NCBI GenBank assembly: GCA_013265495.1
Contig: MU058241.1
Location: 807,249 to 871,248, forward strand
Length of the DNA stretch: 64,000 nucleotides
Direction of reading: 5' to 3'
Source of the DNA: Vicugna vicugna
Taxonomy: Eukaryota
Positions 62,223-64,000 of the stretch are shown here, one piece after another. A model generated the notes under the pieces. It did not search any database, was not told where the DNA came from, and was given only the letters and a program-made list of their open reading frames with translations. The stretch's first letter is position 1; every line of letters starts with the position of its first letter. A program made the translations under genes and the position numbers.

Positions 62223-64000
62223 TTTCAAACCAGAGTTCCTACCTTTCATTTTCACATTCTCTCACTCTGTCGCTCTCCCCCTAATTGGAAGAAAAGCCTG
62301 GCAGTCTTCAGGATTCCTGCGCATGGTTAGGGCTGGAATATGTCAAGAGATGATGCCATGGAAAACGGTTTTTTTCCTTTTCCTTTGGACAGTAATACTT
62401 AGCATCTCATCGTGGGGAAGGTTAATTACTCTTCTGTCACTCAGTTTAGCTCTTCATATTCCTAAGCCTTCACTGAAGTCTCTTTCACAAACCGTCACAG
62501 GGAAGCTAAGGCAGGAAGCGTGACGTTATTCACATCACCCCTCTGCTGAGGCCCGTGACGGCAGTGACAGAGCTGAGAATGAACACGGATACTGGAGCAC
62601 TCAGCTGCACAAGGTATGGTTCAAGCATCATTTCTGGAAGATTGCTTGGGAGGGCAATTTTCTGTTGTCATAAAGTTGCAAAGTTTATTTCAAAGCAAAT
62701 ACATCCACTCAGCTTTTTCTTCTTTGGCTTCATTATGTATAAATGGAAGGAGAATCAGCTGTGCTAGCTTCCAACTTCCCTATTTATACCCCATTTGTTT
62801 GCAAAACTTTTCATGAAAGTTACTCTTCCAGTAAGATCCTCACTTTATCTTTTTTTAAAAACATTTTTATTCTAAATAATTTTAAAATAGAAAAGAAATG
62901 TTTCTGAAATTCTCATTGTAGGATACAACTTTCTTGGTAAAGAAGCATTTGATTCACCAAATATTTTTATGCTAAATTGTTAGCCATGAATGGATATTGA
63001 ACTCATCAGTGAAGATGAATGAACAGAGGTCAATCAGCAGAATTGATTCTTAGTTACTGATCTGATTGCAGGATTACATGAATCACACGTGAGTGAGTGT
63101 TCTTGTCTGTTCTAATACCATGAACAGTCCTCTGGGGAGAGCCGTGAGACTGGTTCATTTTTGGACTTTCTTCCCTTCACCTGATGGACAGCCAATCATG
63201 CAGTCTGCTTTTCTCTCGTTCTAACTGGGAAAGTTAGCTCTGGTCTGGTTTCTCCAGTGGAGCGACAGGGCCTGAGAATGGCCTGACTTCTCCTCTGTCC
63301 CAGACAACTTCTCATGGGGAGGGGCGGACACGCCAAGCTGAGACGGGACACTGAGGGTAGACTATCGGAAACGGAAGAGGTGTGGAGAGAAAGACACAAA
63401 GTTTCTATTTTAATTCAAGAACATAACTGCGTTTTGTAAGCTATGGTGGGCATTATCAAATACCAGATTTCAGACGATTTCAAATGAGTCTGAGATACAT
63501 TCACCCATGCTGTTGGCCCCGCCTCACCTGTAAGGTTTCCTCTCCCACTGTGTCCCTAGACGTTTTAGCTTCAAATACCTGTAGTTCAGCAGTTCTTTTA
63601 AAAGCATCACTCCAGCTCCCTTGTCTATAGTTAAACTTTTAAAAAATGCATTTAATAACTATACTTAAAAAGCACGATCCTTAAAAAATATTTCTCTCTT
63701 GCTGTCCAGCATATCTGGTATCCACACACCAAGAACTCTGGAAAGATGTTCTCTGAACATCAGCACAGACTGTGTCCAAGGGTAAATGTGGGCAAGTCAT
63801 TGCAATGTTTCATTTCTCCAGGACTTTAAAATCCACAGAACCGCAAAGTTATTTTCATAATTTACTTAAGTTGATATTTTGCTTGACTTTTTTCAATTGC
63901 ATATTTTTATGTAGGGGAGAGCTCTGCACTTAAACCTTTAAAGTGGCACATCTTTTACTGTGGAACAGGGCCAGACTCCTAGAAACAGAATCATAAGGCA

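Noticed and set aside
62579..62620. MNTD... start followed by AAG|GTATGG, reminiscent of a SORBS2 N-terminus
   Set aside because: The similarity ends after four residues, and it is on the opposite strand to the other splice signals.

Overview
Mammalian genomic DNA, very probably camelid: it carries a vic-1-type tRNA-derived SINE at ~34.67-34.83 kb and a camelid-type L1 3' tail at ~9.5 kb. I find no credible cellular protein-coding exon, RNA gene or CRISPR array. The ORF track is explained by chance ORFs and decayed LINE-1. A large part of the window is interspersed repeats: a near-full-length dead L1 (48.55-55.14 kb), a 5'-inverted L1 (35.3-37.2 kb), many old L1M fragments, MLT1/MLT2 LTRs, MER20/MER58A/MER5A DNA transposons, L2 and MIR. 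The unique DNA holds several strong minus-strand splice signals, including a long candidate first exon ending at 21234, a well-bounded 101-nt exon at 46625-46725 and an 11-nt microexon candidate. This suggests the 5' non-coding/intronic part of a large minus-strand gene with alternative promoters. The layout reminds me of SVIL (supervillin/archvillin), but I could not verify that. The most notable small signals are a perfect six-unit heat-shock element (2029-2058), a perfect 30-bp palindrome between two recent tandem duplications (39.8-41.1 kb) and a candidate single-pass micropeptide ORF. I see no convincing evidence for a new biological system. Repeat subfamily names come from recalled consensus sequences, and boundaries are approximate.
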